The notes under the pieces were generated by a model that was given only the letters and a program-made list of their open reading frames with translations, made no database searches and was not told the DNA's origin. 64,000 bases of DNA from Parcubacteria bacterium RAAC4_OD1_1 (GTDB taxonomy: Bacteria > Patescibacteriota > Minisyncoccia > Phycocordibacterales > UBA9973): positions 339,647 to 403,646 of the forward strand of contig AWSN01000001.1 of assembly GCA_000505065.1 (NCBI GenBank), read 5' to 3'. Position numbers and translations under genes: made by a program. This document shows, in pieces, positions 18,558-29,448 of this stretch (positions are counted from its first letter, which is position 1; each line of letters starts with the position of its first letter).

Positions 18558-19421
18558 ATGGATGACATAAGAAAAATGAAAAAAGAGGAATATCCAGAAT
18601 CTCTTTTAGAAATTCCTCAACCTCCAAAAGTTTTATATATTCGTGGTGAACTTCCAAAAGAAGATTTAATTTATTTGGCAGTTGTAGGTTCTCGTAAATA
18701 CACTTCATATGGTAAAGATATTTGTGAAAAATTAATCAAAGGGTTAAAGGGTTATCCTGTTTGTATTGTATCTGGTCTTGCTATAGGTATAGACAGTATC
18801 GCACATCGTACAGCTCTAGATAGTGGTTTAACCACTATCTCTTTTCCTGGTTCAGGGCTCGACAGAAATGCTCTCCACCCAAAATCAAATATCCGCCTTG
18901 CAGATGAAATAGTGGAAAGTGGTGGATGCCTTATATCTGAAATGGAACCCAATATGAAAGCTACTTTATATTCTTTTCCTCAAAGGAATAGACTAATGGC
19001 GGGAATTTCAAAAGCAGTCCTTATAATAGAAGCTGAAGAAAAGTCGGGTACTCTTATTACTGCACGTATGGCGCTTGACTACAATCGTGATGTCCTTGCC
19101 GTCCCCGGCTCTGCTTTCTCTTCAAATTCCAATGGCACCAACTGGCTCATAAAAGAAGGTGCCACCCCTGTGACAAGTAGTGAAGATGTATTAATTGCAT
19201 TAGGATTTAATATAGAAAAACCAAAATTATCTGATAAAGAAAAATACGCCGACTGTGGCAAGGATGAAATGAAAATTATAGAACTTCTTCGTGAACCAAT
19301 ACCTCGCGATGAACTAATCCGAGCCTCCGGCCTCCCCATCTCTTCTGCCAACGCCCTTCTTTCCATAATGGAAATTAAAGAATTAATTAAAGAAGAATTA
19401 GGGGAGATGAGAAGAATTTAA
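18558..19421 (+). CDS. dprA: DNA-processing protein DprA
   Basis: AVVGSR, SGLAIGID, FPQRNR, SGTLITA. Confidence 0.96.
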   Translation: MDDIRKMKKEEYPESLLEIPQPPKVLYIRGELPKEDLIYLAVVGSRKYTSYGKDICEKLIKGLKGYPVCIVSGLAIGIDSIAHRTALDSGLTTISFPGSGLDRNALHPKSNIRLADEIVESGGCLISEMEPNMKATLYSFPQRNRLMAGISKAVLIIEAEEKSGTLITARMALDYNRDVLAVPGSAFSSNSNGTNWLIKEGATPVTSSEDVLIALGFNIEKPKLSDKEKYADCGKDEMKIIELLREPIPRDELIRASGLPISSANALLSIMEIKELIKEELGEMRRI

Positions 19422-19423
19422 AT

Positions 19424-19672
19424 TTATTTCTTTTTAAATTTTATTTTGAGTAAAGAATATACTGCAATTAAAGCCCAGATTATTTGAAGAGTAAAAGCTG
19501 GCCAAGCTGTTTTATAAAAAACACTAACTCCAATAAAGATAGCACCAAAAAGATTAAGTAATTGATATGATTTACTGTTTTCAGTTATATCTTCTCTATA
19601 AACTAAAATAAAATATGCAAAGACAACAAAAAATGTCCCTACCCACCCAAGTATTTGTGAAAATATTTCCAT
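19424..19672 (-). CDS. small 3-TM membrane protein (CBU_0592-like)
   Basis: GWVG...AY, YQLLNLFGA, QIIW. Confidence 0.75.
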   Translation of the reverse strand: MEIFSQILGWVGTFFVVFAYFILVYREDITENSKSYQLLNLFGAIFIGVSVFYKTAWPAFTLQIIWALIAVYSLLKIKFKKK

Positions 19673-19742
19673 TTAATTATTATCTCATTTTAATATTAAA
19701 TTTGCAAAAAAATATAGTTTCGTGTAATACTTAGTGACATAT

Positions 19743-22037
19743 ATGAAACTTTTAATCGTTGAGTCACCATCAAAAGCAAAAACTATAGAAAAATATTTGG
19801 GTGGAGAATACACTGTCCGTGCTTCTGTTGGTCATATTCGTGATTTACCAAAATCAAACAAAAACGCTATCGATATAGAAGGTGGTTTTATTCCACGTTA
19901 TGAAATTTCAAAAGGAAAAGAGAAAGTGGTTCATGATTTAAAATCTCTCGGAGAAAAAGCGACAGACATAATGCTCGCGACAGACCCGGACCGTGAAGGA
20001 GAAGCTATATCTTGGCATATTAAAGAATTGCTTGATGATGATAAAAAAATAAAATCATCTATCAAAAGAGTGGCTTTCCATGAAATTACAAAAGAAGCAA
20101 TAATAGAAGCTATTCAAAATCCGAGAGATATAGATCAAGATTTAGTAAAAGCCCAAGAAGCTCGCCGAGTGCTAGACAGGTTAGTAGGTTATGATTTGTC
20201 TGGAGTGATCTGGAAAAAAGTTCGCTATGGCCTCTCTGCTGGCCGAGTCCAATCCCCTGCTCTTCGTATAATAATGGAAAAAGAAAGAGAAATCCGTGCT
20301 TTTATACCAGAAAAATATTGGGTAATTGATGGAGATTTTGAGACAAATAAAAACAAAATAACTCTCTATTGCGAAGAAGAACCACGTGATGAAAAAGTTG
20401 TAGAAAAAATTATTTCATTAGGTAAGAAAGAAGAATGGTTCATAAAAGATGTAAAATCAAGTGAACAAAAAAGAAGTCCTAGGGCTCCATTTACTACATC
20501 GACACTCCAACAAACAGCCAGCACACGTTTAGGATTCTCTCCTTCTCGTACTATGAGTGTAGCCCAGAAACTTTACGAAGCAGGACTCATCACCTATATG
20601 CGTACAGATAGTACAAATCTAAGTTCTCAAGCCCAAGGTCAAATACTTGCACTTATAGAAAAGAAGTATGGTAAAGAATACGCAGAGAAAAATTTTTATA
20701 AAACAAAATCCAAAAATGCTCAAGAAGCACACGAAGCTATTCGTCCTACACATATAAATGAATTGAATGCCGGATACAATGAAGAACAAAAGAAACTTTA
20801 CAAACTTATTTGGGAAAGGGCTGTTTCCTCTCAAATGACTGATGCAAAATTACTAAAAACAAAAATAATTGCAAATATTGAGCCAGAGGCCTTGCCTATG
20901 GCTTTAGCCATAGGCAAGGCCTCTGGTGAATTTGTTTTCCCAGACTTTTATATCAATGGTTCTCAGGTTCTTTTCCCTGGATGGCTTGTATGTGATCAAT
21001 CAGCAAAAGGAGAAGATGTAGAACTCCCTTCTGTAAAAACTGGTGAAAAAATAAAATTATTAAATATCAGAAGTACAGAAAAATCAACAGAACCTCCAAA
21101 TAGATACACAGAAGCAGGGCTAGTAAAAGAATTAGAAACTAGAGGTATAGGTAGACCTTCTACTTATGCATCTATAATGAAGACATTAGAAGATCGAGGT
21201 TATGTAATCAAAGAAGGGAGAACTTTATTCCCCACAGATACAGGAGATGTAGTCTCGACATTTTTAGAAGAAAATTTTGCAAAATATATAAGTGATACTT
21301 TTACTGCAGAAATGGAAGACGAACTCGATGATATTTCAAATGGTAAAAGAGATTATGTAAAAACTTTAAAAGATTTTTATATCCCTTTTCAGAAAGAAGT
21401 TAAAGAAAAAGATAAACTTGCAAAAGCTACAAATATGGGTGAAGCTCCAGAAGAAATAAGATGCCCTAAGTGTAATGAAAATATGATAATAAAACTTTCT
21501 CGTGGTGGTAAATTCTATTCTTGTAGTAAATATCCTGATTGTGATGGAGCACGCACAATCGAAGGAGAAATATTAGAAGGTCCAAAAGAAACAGGAGAAA
21601 AGTGTCCTCTTTGTGGCGATAAAAAACCTGTCCGCCCTCGCGGGAACTCGGGAACAGGCGGGGGAAAAAATGAAGGAGGAAAACTTGTTATTCGCACTAG
21701 GCGCGATGGAACTGGCACATTTATTTCATGTTCTCGTTATCCAAAATGCAAATTCATAAAACAAGATGAGGAGGAGCTCAAAAAGAAAATGACAGATGTT
21801 ACTTGTCCAATTTGTAAGAAAGGTAAAATGATGGAAAGAAAAGGAAGATTTGGAATATTTTATTCATGTTCAAATTATCCAGATTGTAAAAATGCCATAA
21901 AAGCAAAACCTACAGGAAATATTTGTGAATACTGTAACTCACTAATGATGGAAGGCACAAAAACTATCCCCGAAAGATGTAGTAATAAAATGTGCAAAAA
22001 TCACAATCCACTCAAGCTAGCGAGACAAAATGCCTAA
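19743..22037 (+). CDS. topA: DNA topoisomerase I with Zn ribbons (two in-frame repeat insertions)
   Basis: LIVESPSKAKTI, DPDREGE, SAGRVQS, ITYMRTD, AHEAIRP, C4 zinc fingers. Confidence 0.97.
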   Translation: MKLLIVESPSKAKTIEKYLGGEYTVRASVGHIRDLPKSNKNAIDIEGGFIPRYEISKGKEKVVHDLKSLGEKATDIMLATDPDREGEAISWHIKELLDDDKKIKSSIKRVAFHEITKEAIIEAIQNPRDIDQDLVKAQEARRVLDRLVGYDLSGVIWKKVRYGLSAGRVQSPALRIIMEKEREIRAFIPEKYWVIDGDFETNKNKITLYCEEEPRDEKVVEKIISLGKKEEWFIKDVKSSEQKRSPRAPFTTSTLQQTASTRLGFSPSRTMSVAQKLYEAGLITYMRTDSTNLSSQAQGQILALIEKKYGKEYAEKNFYKTKSKNAQEAHEAIRPTHINELNAGYNEEQKKLYKLIWERAVSSQMTDAKLLKTKIIANIEPEALPMALAIGKASGEFVFPDFYINGSQVLFPGWLVCDQSAKGEDVELPSVKTGEKIKLLNIRSTEKSTEPPNRYTEAGLVKELETRGIGRPSTYASIMKTLEDRGYVIKEGRTLFPTDTGDVVSTFLEENFAKYISDTFTAEMEDELDDISNGKRDYVKTLKDFYIPFQKEVKEKDKLAKATNMGEAPEEIRCPKCNENMIIKLSRGGKFYSCSKYPDCDGARTIEGEILEGPKETGEKCPLCGDKKPVRPRGNSGTGGGKNEGGKLVIRTRRDGTGTFISCSRYPKCKFIKQDEEELKKKMTDVTCPICKKGKMMERKGRFGIFYSCSNYPDCKNAIKAKPTGNICEYCNSLMMEGTKTIPERCSNKMCKNHNPLKLARQNA
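20883..20926. repeat. family C palindrome (AGGCCTTGCCT doublet) in-frame in topA
   Basis: Perfect 20-bp arms: CCAGAGGCCTTGCCTATGGC-TTTA-GCCATAGGCAAGGCCTCTGG. Confidence 0.85.
21627..21664. repeat. family E GC-rich insert (CCTGTCCGCC...CAGGCGGG) in-frame in topA
   Basis: GC-rich island encoding PVRPRGNSGTGG inside a Zn ribbon. Confidence 0.6.
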
Positions 22038-22089
22038 TTTAAATTAGGCATTTTTAGTTTTTGTAAAATATATAGTATAATAAATTATT

Positions 22090-23565
22090 ATGATAGGCCA
22101 AGTAGATGAAATATTCGGAGCAATACATAAAAAGCTTACAGCTAAAGATAAAGAGCTTATAAAAAAGGCTTATAATTTTTCTCATAAAGCACACGAAGGG
22201 CAACTTCGAAAAAGTGGTGAACCATATTTTAATCATGTCTTTGCGACAGCAAAAAATTTAGCAGAATTAGGTATGAGCCCTATCGTTATATCTGCAGGAT
22301 TTCTACACGATGTACTAGAAGATACTCCAGTAAAAGAAGAAGAAATGGAAAAAGAATTTGACCACGAGATAACAAACTTAGTGAAAGGTGTGACCAAATT
22401 GGGCACAGTCAGATATAAAGGTATGGAAAGAAATGTGGAAAATTTACGAAAATTTTTCGTCTCAATGGCTGAAGATTTACGAGTTCTTGTTATTAAACTT
22501 GCAGATAGACTTCATAATATAGAAACACTCGAATTTGTAAGAGGAGATAAGCAAAAAAGAATCGCTCTAGAAACTCTCGAAGTTTATGCTCAACTTGCAA
22601 ATAGACTATCGATGGGTAAACTCAAAGGTAGATTAGAAGATGCTTCTTTTAAATATGCATATCCTAAAGAATATGAGGAGACTAAAAAATTTTTAGAAGA
22701 AAAAAAAGATGCTAAAGAAAAATATTTGATAGAAGTAAGAGATGTTCTACTTGAAAAATTGCATGAAGAAAAAATAAAAGGATTTAAAATAGATTATAGG
22801 CAAAAACATTTATATTCTCTATGGAAAAAAATGCAAAAATACAATATGGATATCGGAAAAATCTATGATATTATTGCTCTCCGCGTAATGGTAAATACTG
22901 TCTCTGATTGCTACCATGTATTGGGTATTATCCATGGAGAATGGACTCCCGTCCCAAACAGATTCAAAGACTACATCGCGACACCAAAAGCCAACGGATA
23001 CCAAAGTCTTCATACTACAATATTTACAGGTACAGGTGGAATAGTAGAAATACAGATAAGAACACATGAGATGCATGAACAAGCTGAAAATGGTATCGCC
23101 TCTCACTTTATATATAAAGAAAAAATTTCAAATATAAATGATAAAAGTCTAGAGTGGGTAAATCAACTACACGAAATAGGTAAAGAGGTTGTAAGTGAAA
23201 AAGAAAAACCAGAGAAAGTCTTAGAAAAAATTAAAATAAATTTCTTTAAAAATCGTGTTTTTGTCTTTACTCCAAAAGGAGATATTATAGATCTACCCGA
23301 AGAAGCCTCTGTTATTGATTTTGCTTATGCTATACATACAGACCTGGGTTGTCACGCTCAAGGAGCAAAAGTAAATGGTAAAAATGTTTCACTGGGGACC
23401 AAACTTAAAACTCATGACATCGTTGAAATTCAAGTAAACAAAAATGCCAAACCTTCATCTAAGTGGCTAGATTATGCAAAAACAACTCTTGCAAAAAGAG
23501 AAATAAATGCATACCTAAAAAACAATAGCCTTCTCTCCAAATTTCTTTCTTTTGGTAAAAATTAA
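22090..23565 (+). CDS. rel: RelA/SpoT family (p)ppGpp synthetase/hydrolase (HD, SYNTH, TGS)
   Basis: RKSGEPY, LHDVLED, KLADRLHN, NGYQSLHT, EIQIRT, FTPKG, DFAYAIH. Confidence 0.95.
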   Translation: MIGQVDEIFGAIHKKLTAKDKELIKKAYNFSHKAHEGQLRKSGEPYFNHVFATAKNLAELGMSPIVISAGFLHDVLEDTPVKEEEMEKEFDHEITNLVKGVTKLGTVRYKGMERNVENLRKFFVSMAEDLRVLVIKLADRLHNIETLEFVRGDKQKRIALETLEVYAQLANRLSMGKLKGRLEDASFKYAYPKEYEETKKFLEEKKDAKEKYLIEVRDVLLEKLHEEKIKGFKIDYRQKHLYSLWKKMQKYNMDIGKIYDIIALRVMVNTVSDCYHVLGIIHGEWTPVPNRFKDYIATPKANGYQSLHTTIFTGTGGIVEIQIRTHEMHEQAENGIASHFIYKEKISNINDKSLEWVNQLHEIGKEVVSEKEKPEKVLEKIKINFFKNRVFVFTPKGDIIDLPEEASVIDFAYAIHTDLGCHAQGAKVNGKNVSLGTKLKTHDIVEIQVNKNAKPSSKWLDYAKTTLAKREINAYLKNNSLLSKFLSFGKN

Positions 23566-23599
23566 AATCTTCCCAAAATTTGGGAAGATTTTAATTTTA

Positions 23600-24619
23600 T
23601 TAAATTGAAAAGTTTTTTATATTATATAAATCTTCTTCAGCTTTCTGTTTTTCCTCTTCTGTTCTATCATCGAGCATTTCTATATCTTCATCTATTAAAA
23701 CACCTTCTATGGTCGCTTCACTTGGTGCAGAAAGTACAACTTCCCCACCCTTTGATGCAATATATTTATCAAGCATTTCAGTTTTATTTCCCTCATTTCT
23801 TTCTTTTATAAGACTCAATATAGTGTGAAGATCATCATTGGTAAAGAAATCAATTTTGATTTGTCCTCCATTTTCTTTTTTGTCTATCTGAACTCTTGTA
23901 CCAAGAGTCTCCCCTAGTTTTTCTTCCATCTCTGCTATTTCTGGATCTAAAATATATTCTTTCTTTCGAACACGATCATAAGCTATTCTTCGCGCCACTT
24001 TTTCCGCGTCTCTCACTGTCATCTTTTTAAAGACAATTTCTTTAAATAAAACCATTTGCTCTTCAGGCCTATCTGTAAGCATAAGAATAGGCCTTGTATG
24101 CCCTTCGCTTATTTTACCAGCAGAAAGTGCATCTAGTACTTCTTGAGGTAAAGAAAGGAGCCTTAAAGTATTGGAAACATACTCACGACTTTTACCCATC
24201 TTCTGCCCGATTTGTGTATGAGTAAATTTAAATTCTTCAACAAGCCTAAAGAATGCTCTTGCTCTTTCAACAGCATTTAAATCTTCTCTTTGTAAATTCT
24301 CTATTATCGCAAGTTCAAGCTTGGCCATATTGTCATCCCCAACACGGATGATAACTGGCACCTGAGCTACCCCTGCAAGCTTGGAAGCCCTAAGCCTTCT
24401 TTCCCCAGCGATAAGTTCATATTCGGCTATTATCCCCCCGTCTTCTTTTTCTATTTCTACACGAGAAACTACAAGTGGCTGAAGCACTCCATACTGACGA
24501 ATAGAATCTGCCAAATCTTTCAATCTAGCTTCGTCAAATTCTCGCCTTGGTTGAAAAGGATTTGGCTTAATTTTCTCTACATCTATAAAAAATATTGAAT
24601 TACTATAAAGCTGTGACAT
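23600..24619 (-). CDS. parB: ParB/Spo0J partition protein
   Basis: NPFQPRREF, LIAGERRLRA, ENLQREDLN, HTH. Confidence 0.96.
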   Translation of the reverse strand: MSQLYSNSIFFIDVEKIKPNPFQPRREFDEARLKDLADSIRQYGVLQPLVVSRVEIEKEDGGIIAEYELIAGERRLRASKLAGVAQVPVIIRVGDDNMAKLELAIIENLQREDLNAVERARAFFRLVEEFKFTHTQIGQKMGKSREYVSNTLRLLSLPQEVLDALSAGKISEGHTRPILMLTDRPEEQMVLFKEIVFKKMTVRDAEKVARRIAYDRVRKKEYILDPEIAEMEEKLGETLGTRVQIDKKENGGQIKIDFFTNDDLHTILSLIKERNEGNKTEMLDKYIASKGGEVVLSAPSEATIEGVLIDEDIEMLDDRTEEEKQKAEEDLYNIKNFSI

Positions 24620-24696
24620 ATGTCTTTATTTTAGCATAAAATTATTATATTGAAAATTTTAAATATTTGTGTATAATCTAATAGTAGTATTGTGAT

Positions 24697-24780
24697 GCGT
24701 CGGTGGCAGAGTGGTCAATTGCAACTGACTGTAAATCAGTCGCCCTTAGGGCTACGTAGGTTCAAATCCTACCCGGCGCA
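24697..24780 (+). tRNA. tRNA-Tyr(GTA)
   Basis: Anticodon loop CTGTAAA, long variable arm, TTCAAAT T-loop. Confidence 0.95.
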
Positions 24781-24991
24781 CAAGAAAGATATTTGTAATT
24801 ATAGATTACAAGTTGTATAATATTCTCGAATATGAAATTTAAGATATTAAATATATCAATCAATCAATTAAGTTCAAGGCAAATTGCTATGAAAAAATTT
24901 ATTGAAAATTGGGATAAAGGGCAGAACGAATGTGTCTGTCCCTTTTCTTTTTATTTGATTTTTAAGATTATATAAGTTAATCTATTTATAT

Positions 24992-25924
24992 ATGTTAAAT
25001 GATTTGTTTATTCTATCAATTTCAATTTTTCTTATCATTAAAGGAGCAACAATGGCTACCAAGTACTCAGCACAACTTGCTGAGAATTATAGATTATCTA
25101 AATACATTATAGGTTTTATTATTGTCGCCGTTATATCAATACTTCCAGAAACATTAATTTCTATAAATTCTGCTATAGAAGGAGTTCCTGAAGTAGGACT
25201 AGGAACACTTTTTGGTTCAAATGTTGCTGACCTTACACTTGTTTTTGCTATTATTATTGCTATATCAGGAAGAAGCATCAGTATAGATAGTAAAATACTA
25301 AAAAACAATATTATATATCCTCTCTTACTTATAATTCCAATAGCACTTGGAATAGATGGACATTACAGTAGAATAGAAGGTATATCGCTTATATTAACAG
25401 GAATCGTATTTTATATAATGGCTTTCAAAAACAGTGTAGATGAAGAAGTCTTAGAGCCAATAAAAAAAGAAAATCGCAAGAAGAATATTTTATTTTTAAT
25501 TTCAAGTATGTTTATACTTCTTTTAGGTTCCCATTTTATAGTTACCTCTTCAACTGATATTGCAAACTATCTGGGTATAAATCCAATTTTTATTGGGATA
25601 TTTATAATAGGCTTAGGAACAGTTATCCCCGAATTAATATTTTCTCTCAAGTCTGTTAAAAAGGACAATGATTCACTTGCTGTTGGAGACATCCTAGGTA
25701 CAGTTCTAGCCGATGCGACAATAGTTGTGGGAATACTTTCTCTTATAAATCCATTTGATTTTCCTAAAAAAATAATCTATGTATCTGGATTGTTTATGAT
25801 TATTGCATCATTTCTTTTGTTTTATTTTATGAAGTCTGGTAAAACACTTTCAAAGAAAGAAAGTTTTATGCTTCTTCTATTTTGGGCATTATTTATAATT
25901 ATAGAATTCTCTATAAATTACTAG
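24992..25924 (+). CDS. sodium:calcium antiporter (YrbG-like)
   Basis: Two alpha-repeat motifs (SILPE...GSN and GTVIPE...GDILG) and about 10 TM helices. Confidence 0.88.
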   Translation: MLNDLFILSISIFLIIKGATMATKYSAQLAENYRLSKYIIGFIIVAVISILPETLISINSAIEGVPEVGLGTLFGSNVADLTLVFAIIIAISGRSISIDSKILKNNIIYPLLLIIPIALGIDGHYSRIEGISLILTGIVFYIMAFKNSVDEEVLEPIKKENRKKNILFLISSMFILLLGSHFIVTSSTDIANYLGINPIFIGIFIIGLGTVIPELIFSLKSVKKDNDSLAVGDILGTVLADATIVVGILSLINPFDFPKKIIYVSGLFMIIASFLLFYFMKSGKTLSKKESFMLLLFWALFIIIEFSINY

Positions 25925-28617
25925 ACATTAACAGGCTTCGCAATTTTTATGGGAGTAATACTCTTTTTCTTTTTCATTTCTATCAGTAATTCTTTATCTT
26001 TTAGAGTCACATAGACAGTATCTCCTTTTTTTACCCCTTTTGAAATCATAAAGTAAGCTACTTTATTTAAAATTTTACTTTGGATGAGTCTCGCAAGTGG
26101 TCTTGCTCCATAATGTGGATCATACCCAGTATCTGCGAGATAGTTTAATGCTTCTTCACTAATTTCTAAATTTATTCCTTTAGAGATAAGTCTATCTCGA
26201 ATAACTCCAATTTTTAAATCTACAATATTTCTAATTACTTCTTTTGAAAGAACATCAAATACAATCACATCATCAAGTCTATTTAAAAACTCTGGTCTAA
26301 AATGATCTTTTAAACTTTCTAAGACTTTATTTTTTGTATTATCATAATCTTTCTCGTTTGAATTATTGGAAAAACCAAGAGATTCCATCTTCTCTATAAA
26401 TTGTGATCCGATATTTGAAGTTAAAATTATTATTGTATTTTTAAAATTTACAACTCTGCCTTTTGCATCAGTAAGCCTACCTTCATCTAAAACTTGAAGT
26501 AAAATATTAAAAATCTCAGGATGTGCTTTTTCTATTTCATCAAACAATAAAACAGAATATGGCCTATGCCTTACTGCTTCGGTTAAATTTCCAGATTCAT
26601 CATACCCCACATACCCAGGAGGAGAACCAATAAGCTTGGAAACACTATGACGCTCCATATATTCACTCATATCCACTCTTATCAAAGCCTTATCATCATT
26701 AAACATAAATTCTGCTAATGCTTTAGTAAGTTCAGTCTTTCCTACTCCAGTAGGACCAAGGAAAATAAATGAACCAATTGGCCTATTTGGATCTGAAATA
26801 CCTGCTCTGTTTAATCTTACAACATCAGAAATTTTACTAATCGCTTCATCTTGACCAAGAACTCTTTTTTTAAGTTCTTCTTCCATATTTGAAAGTTTTT
26901 TTATTTCTTCTTCCATCATTTTAGAAAGCGGTATTCCAGTCCACCCAGAAACTACCGAAGCAATATCCTCAGATGTAATATCTTCTTTTAGAATTCTTCT
27001 TGATTTTTGAAGCTTCTTTAGTCTTGCTAATTTTGACTCCAATTTATTTTGAAGTTCAGGAATAAGTCCATATCTTATTTCAGCAGCTCTTCCTAGGTCA
27101 GATCTCATTTCAGCATTTTCTGCTTCAAGCCTTAATGTTTCCAACTGTTTCTTTATTGAGCGTATTTCAATTACAGTCTCTTTTTCATTTTTCCATTTAA
27201 GTTCTATTTCGTAAGTTTTCTCTTTTAGATTTGCAATTTCTTTTTCTATAATCTTTATTCTTTCTTTTGTTTCTTTTAAGGAAGAATGATTATCTTTTAT
27301 GTCTCTTTCCATTTCTTTAGTCAAAGCTTCTTTTTCAATTTCAAATCTCATTATTTTTCTATCAGTATCTTCAAGTATCTGTGGCTTATTCTCAAGCGCA
27401 AGTCGAAGTGAGGAACAAGCTTCATCGATTAAATCTACTGCCTTATCGGGAAGATATCGATTTGTGATATATCTTGAACTTAAATTTACTGCAGTGATAA
27501 TAGCATCATCTGTAATGCGTACCCCATGGAACAATTCATATTTTTCTTTAAGTCCACGAAGTATTGCTATGGCATCATCTATGTTTGGCTCATCTATATA
27601 TATAGGCTGAAAACGGCGAGCTAATGCTGGATCTTTTTCTATATGCTTCTGATATTCTTTTAAAGTTGTAGCCCCTATCACATGAAGTTCCCCACGAGCA
27701 AGTGCTGGCTTTAGCATATTTGAAGCATCAAGTGACCCTTCAGAAGCCCCAGCTCCTACGATTGTATGTATCTCATCAATAAATAAAATTATTTTTCCTT
27801 CTGCTTTTTCTATTTCTTTCATTATTCCACGCAATCTTTCTTCAAATTCCCCTCTGTATTTAGTCCCAGAAAGAAGGAGCCCTAAATCAAGAGCCACAAT
27901 TTCTTTGTCTCGCAAACTTTCGGGAATATCATTTTTAGCAATACGAATAGCTAAAGCTTCTGCAACTGCAGTCTTCCCAGTTCCTGCTTCACCTATAAGA
28001 ATAGGATTGTTTTTGGTTCTCCTAGAAAGGATTTGCATCATACGCATTATCTCTGTATCTCTTCCTATCACAGGGTCTAGTTTATCTTGTTTAGCAAGTA
28101 AAGTAAGATTCCTAGTAAATTTTGTAAGAAGTTTTGGCTTTTTAGAACTTGGGGAATCGATTGTATTTTTATCATTTTTAAAAAGTTCTAAAATATTTAT
28201 TATTTTACTTTTTTCTATTTTAAATTTTGCTAAAATTTCTTTTGCTTCACCTTTTGTTTCAAGTAAAGATAGAAATAAATGCTCTGTTCCTACAAATTCA
28301 TCTTTGAGTTCTGTGGCAACTTTTGAAGAATTTTCAATAGCTTGTGCAAGATCTGGGGTAAGGTATATCTGATAACTTGGTGAAACAGTATTTCTACTTT
28401 CAGGAGATTCTATCATTTCACTCAAATTATCTATAAGTAGAGTTGTGTCAATCTCCATTTTATCCAAAATAGATAAAACCAAAGAATCTTCTTGAATAAG
28501 AAGTGCTGTGAGTAAATGAAGTCCATTTACATGATTCTGCCCACGCTCAATAGCGAGCTCGTGAGCCTTTCTAATAACTTCCTTTGCTTTAGTTGTAAAA
28601 TGATTAAATGGGGGCAT
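25921..28617 (-). CDS. clpB: ATP-dependent chaperone ClpB
   Basis: Clp N domain, two AAA+ modules (GEAGTGKT, GPTGVGKT), long coiled-coil M domain. Confidence 0.93.
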   Translation of the reverse strand: MPPFNHFTTKAKEVIRKAHELAIERGQNHVNGLHLLTALLIQEDSLVLSILDKMEIDTTLLIDNLSEMIESPESRNTVSPSYQIYLTPDLAQAIENSSKVATELKDEFVGTEHLFLSLLETKGEAKEILAKFKIEKSKIINILELFKNDKNTIDSPSSKKPKLLTKFTRNLTLLAKQDKLDPVIGRDTEIMRMMQILSRRTKNNPILIGEAGTGKTAVAEALAIRIAKNDIPESLRDKEIVALDLGLLLSGTKYRGEFEERLRGIMKEIEKAEGKIILFIDEIHTIVGAGASEGSLDASNMLKPALARGELHVIGATTLKEYQKHIEKDPALARRFQPIYIDEPNIDDAIAILRGLKEKYELFHGVRITDDAIITAVNLSSRYITNRYLPDKAVDLIDEACSSLRLALENKPQILEDTDRKIMRFEIEKEALTKEMERDIKDNHSSLKETKERIKIIEKEIANLKEKTYEIELKWKNEKETVIEIRSIKKQLETLRLEAENAEMRSDLGRAAEIRYGLIPELQNKLESKLARLKKLQKSRRILKEDITSEDIASVVSGWTGIPLSKMMEEEIKKLSNMEEELKKRVLGQDEAISKISDVVRLNRAGISDPNRPIGSFIFLGPTGVGKTELTKALAEFMFNDDKALIRVDMSEYMERHSVSKLIGSPPGYVGYDESGNLTEAVRHRPYSVLLFDEIEKAHPEIFNILLQVLDEGRLTDAKGRVVNFKNTIIILTSNIGSQFIEKMESLGFSNNSNEKDYDNTKNKVLESLKDHFRPEFLNRLDDVIVFDVLSKEVIRNIVDLKIGVIRDRLISKGINLEISEEALNYLADTGYDPHYGARPLARLIQSKILNKVAYFMISKGVKKGDTVYVTLKDKELLIEMKKKKSITPIKIAKPVNV

Positions 28618-28744
28618 AAAATTTATTATATATAATTAATTAAAATTGTCTGGAGGTATATTATACCACTTCTCGCCCCGTAGTAAAATTTAAATGCTTT
28701 TAATTTAAATTTTTACTTCTGGGGTGATTAAATGGGGGCATAAA
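28601..28744. repeat. family D hairpin insertion flanked by a 20-bp duplication of the clpB start
   Basis: TGATTAAATGGGGGCATAAA at 28601-28620 and 28725-28744. Hairpin CCCCGTAGTAAAATTTAAAT...ATTTAAATTTTTACTTCTGGGG at 28676-28724. Confidence 0.8.
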
Positions 28745-28794
28745 TAAAATAATTACTAATTAATAATTACCAGTTAAAAATATAAATATTGGTT

Positions 28795-29334
28795 TTAATT
28801 TTCTTTATTCTCTGACTGAATAATCGTATCAGTATTTTCTGGTTGTGTTGATTTTTCTTCTTCAATCTCTGATTTTTCTTTAATACTTAAAATAGCAAAT
28901 CCATTGTCATATTTTTTTACTACACTTGCATCAAATTCTATTTCTCCTAAAACTATAAAATATTTTTCATCTCCATTTAAAATATTTTCATCGACAAGTA
29001 TTAACCCTGTATCAGAAATGAGAACACCTTCACCTAAAATATTATTTTCTAAAATTTCATCTTTATATATTTTTATAAGTACATCTCCCGATGAAATTAA
29101 AGAATTTTTAGGTTGTTCGTTTGAAGTAGAAATATTTTCTTCTTTTGATGGTTCTGTAACTGTTGTCACTTTTTCAATAGTTCTTTGTATGACATTGTTT
29201 ACAGTATAGGGGACACTTTTAGGCATCTGGTTCATCAAAGAAACAGTAATTATTCCTGTTGCTATAGAAACAATAAAAGTTATAAGTAATGTGAGTAAAA
29301 TAAGTTGTTTTTTATCTAAATCTTTAATATCCAT
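28795..29334 (-). CDS. membrane-anchored hypothetical protein (degenerate serine-protease-like fold possible)
   Basis: N-terminal TM, LGEGVLISDTGLIL. Confidence 0.6.
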   Translation of the reverse strand: MDIKDLDKKQLILLTLLITFIVSIATGIITVSLMNQMPKSVPYTVNNVIQRTIEKVTTVTEPSKEENISTSNEQPKNSLISSGDVLIKIYKDEILENNILGEGVLISDTGLILVDENILNGDEKYFIVLGEIEFDASVVKKYDNGFAILSIKEKSEIEEEKSTQPENTDTIIQSENKEN

Positions 29335-29403
29335 ATTACTATTATATCACAAAAGTCAATCTATTTCCACCCCTTAATTAACGGTCTGATTCTATTAATA
29401 AAC

Positions 29404-29446
29404 TCCTAGCAAGGACGGTCCTTGCTACTTGCTAGGATACTAGGAT
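29404..29446. repeat. family C-like palindrome
   Basis: TAGCAAGG-ACGGT-CCTTGCTA with reiterated right arm. Confidence 0.6.
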
Positions 29447-29448
29447 TA

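Noticed and set aside
24832-24975. 47-codon ORF downstream of tRNA-Tyr
   Set aside because: It runs through a terminator-like hairpin (AAAGGGCAGA...TCTGTCCCTTT) and has no recognisable features.
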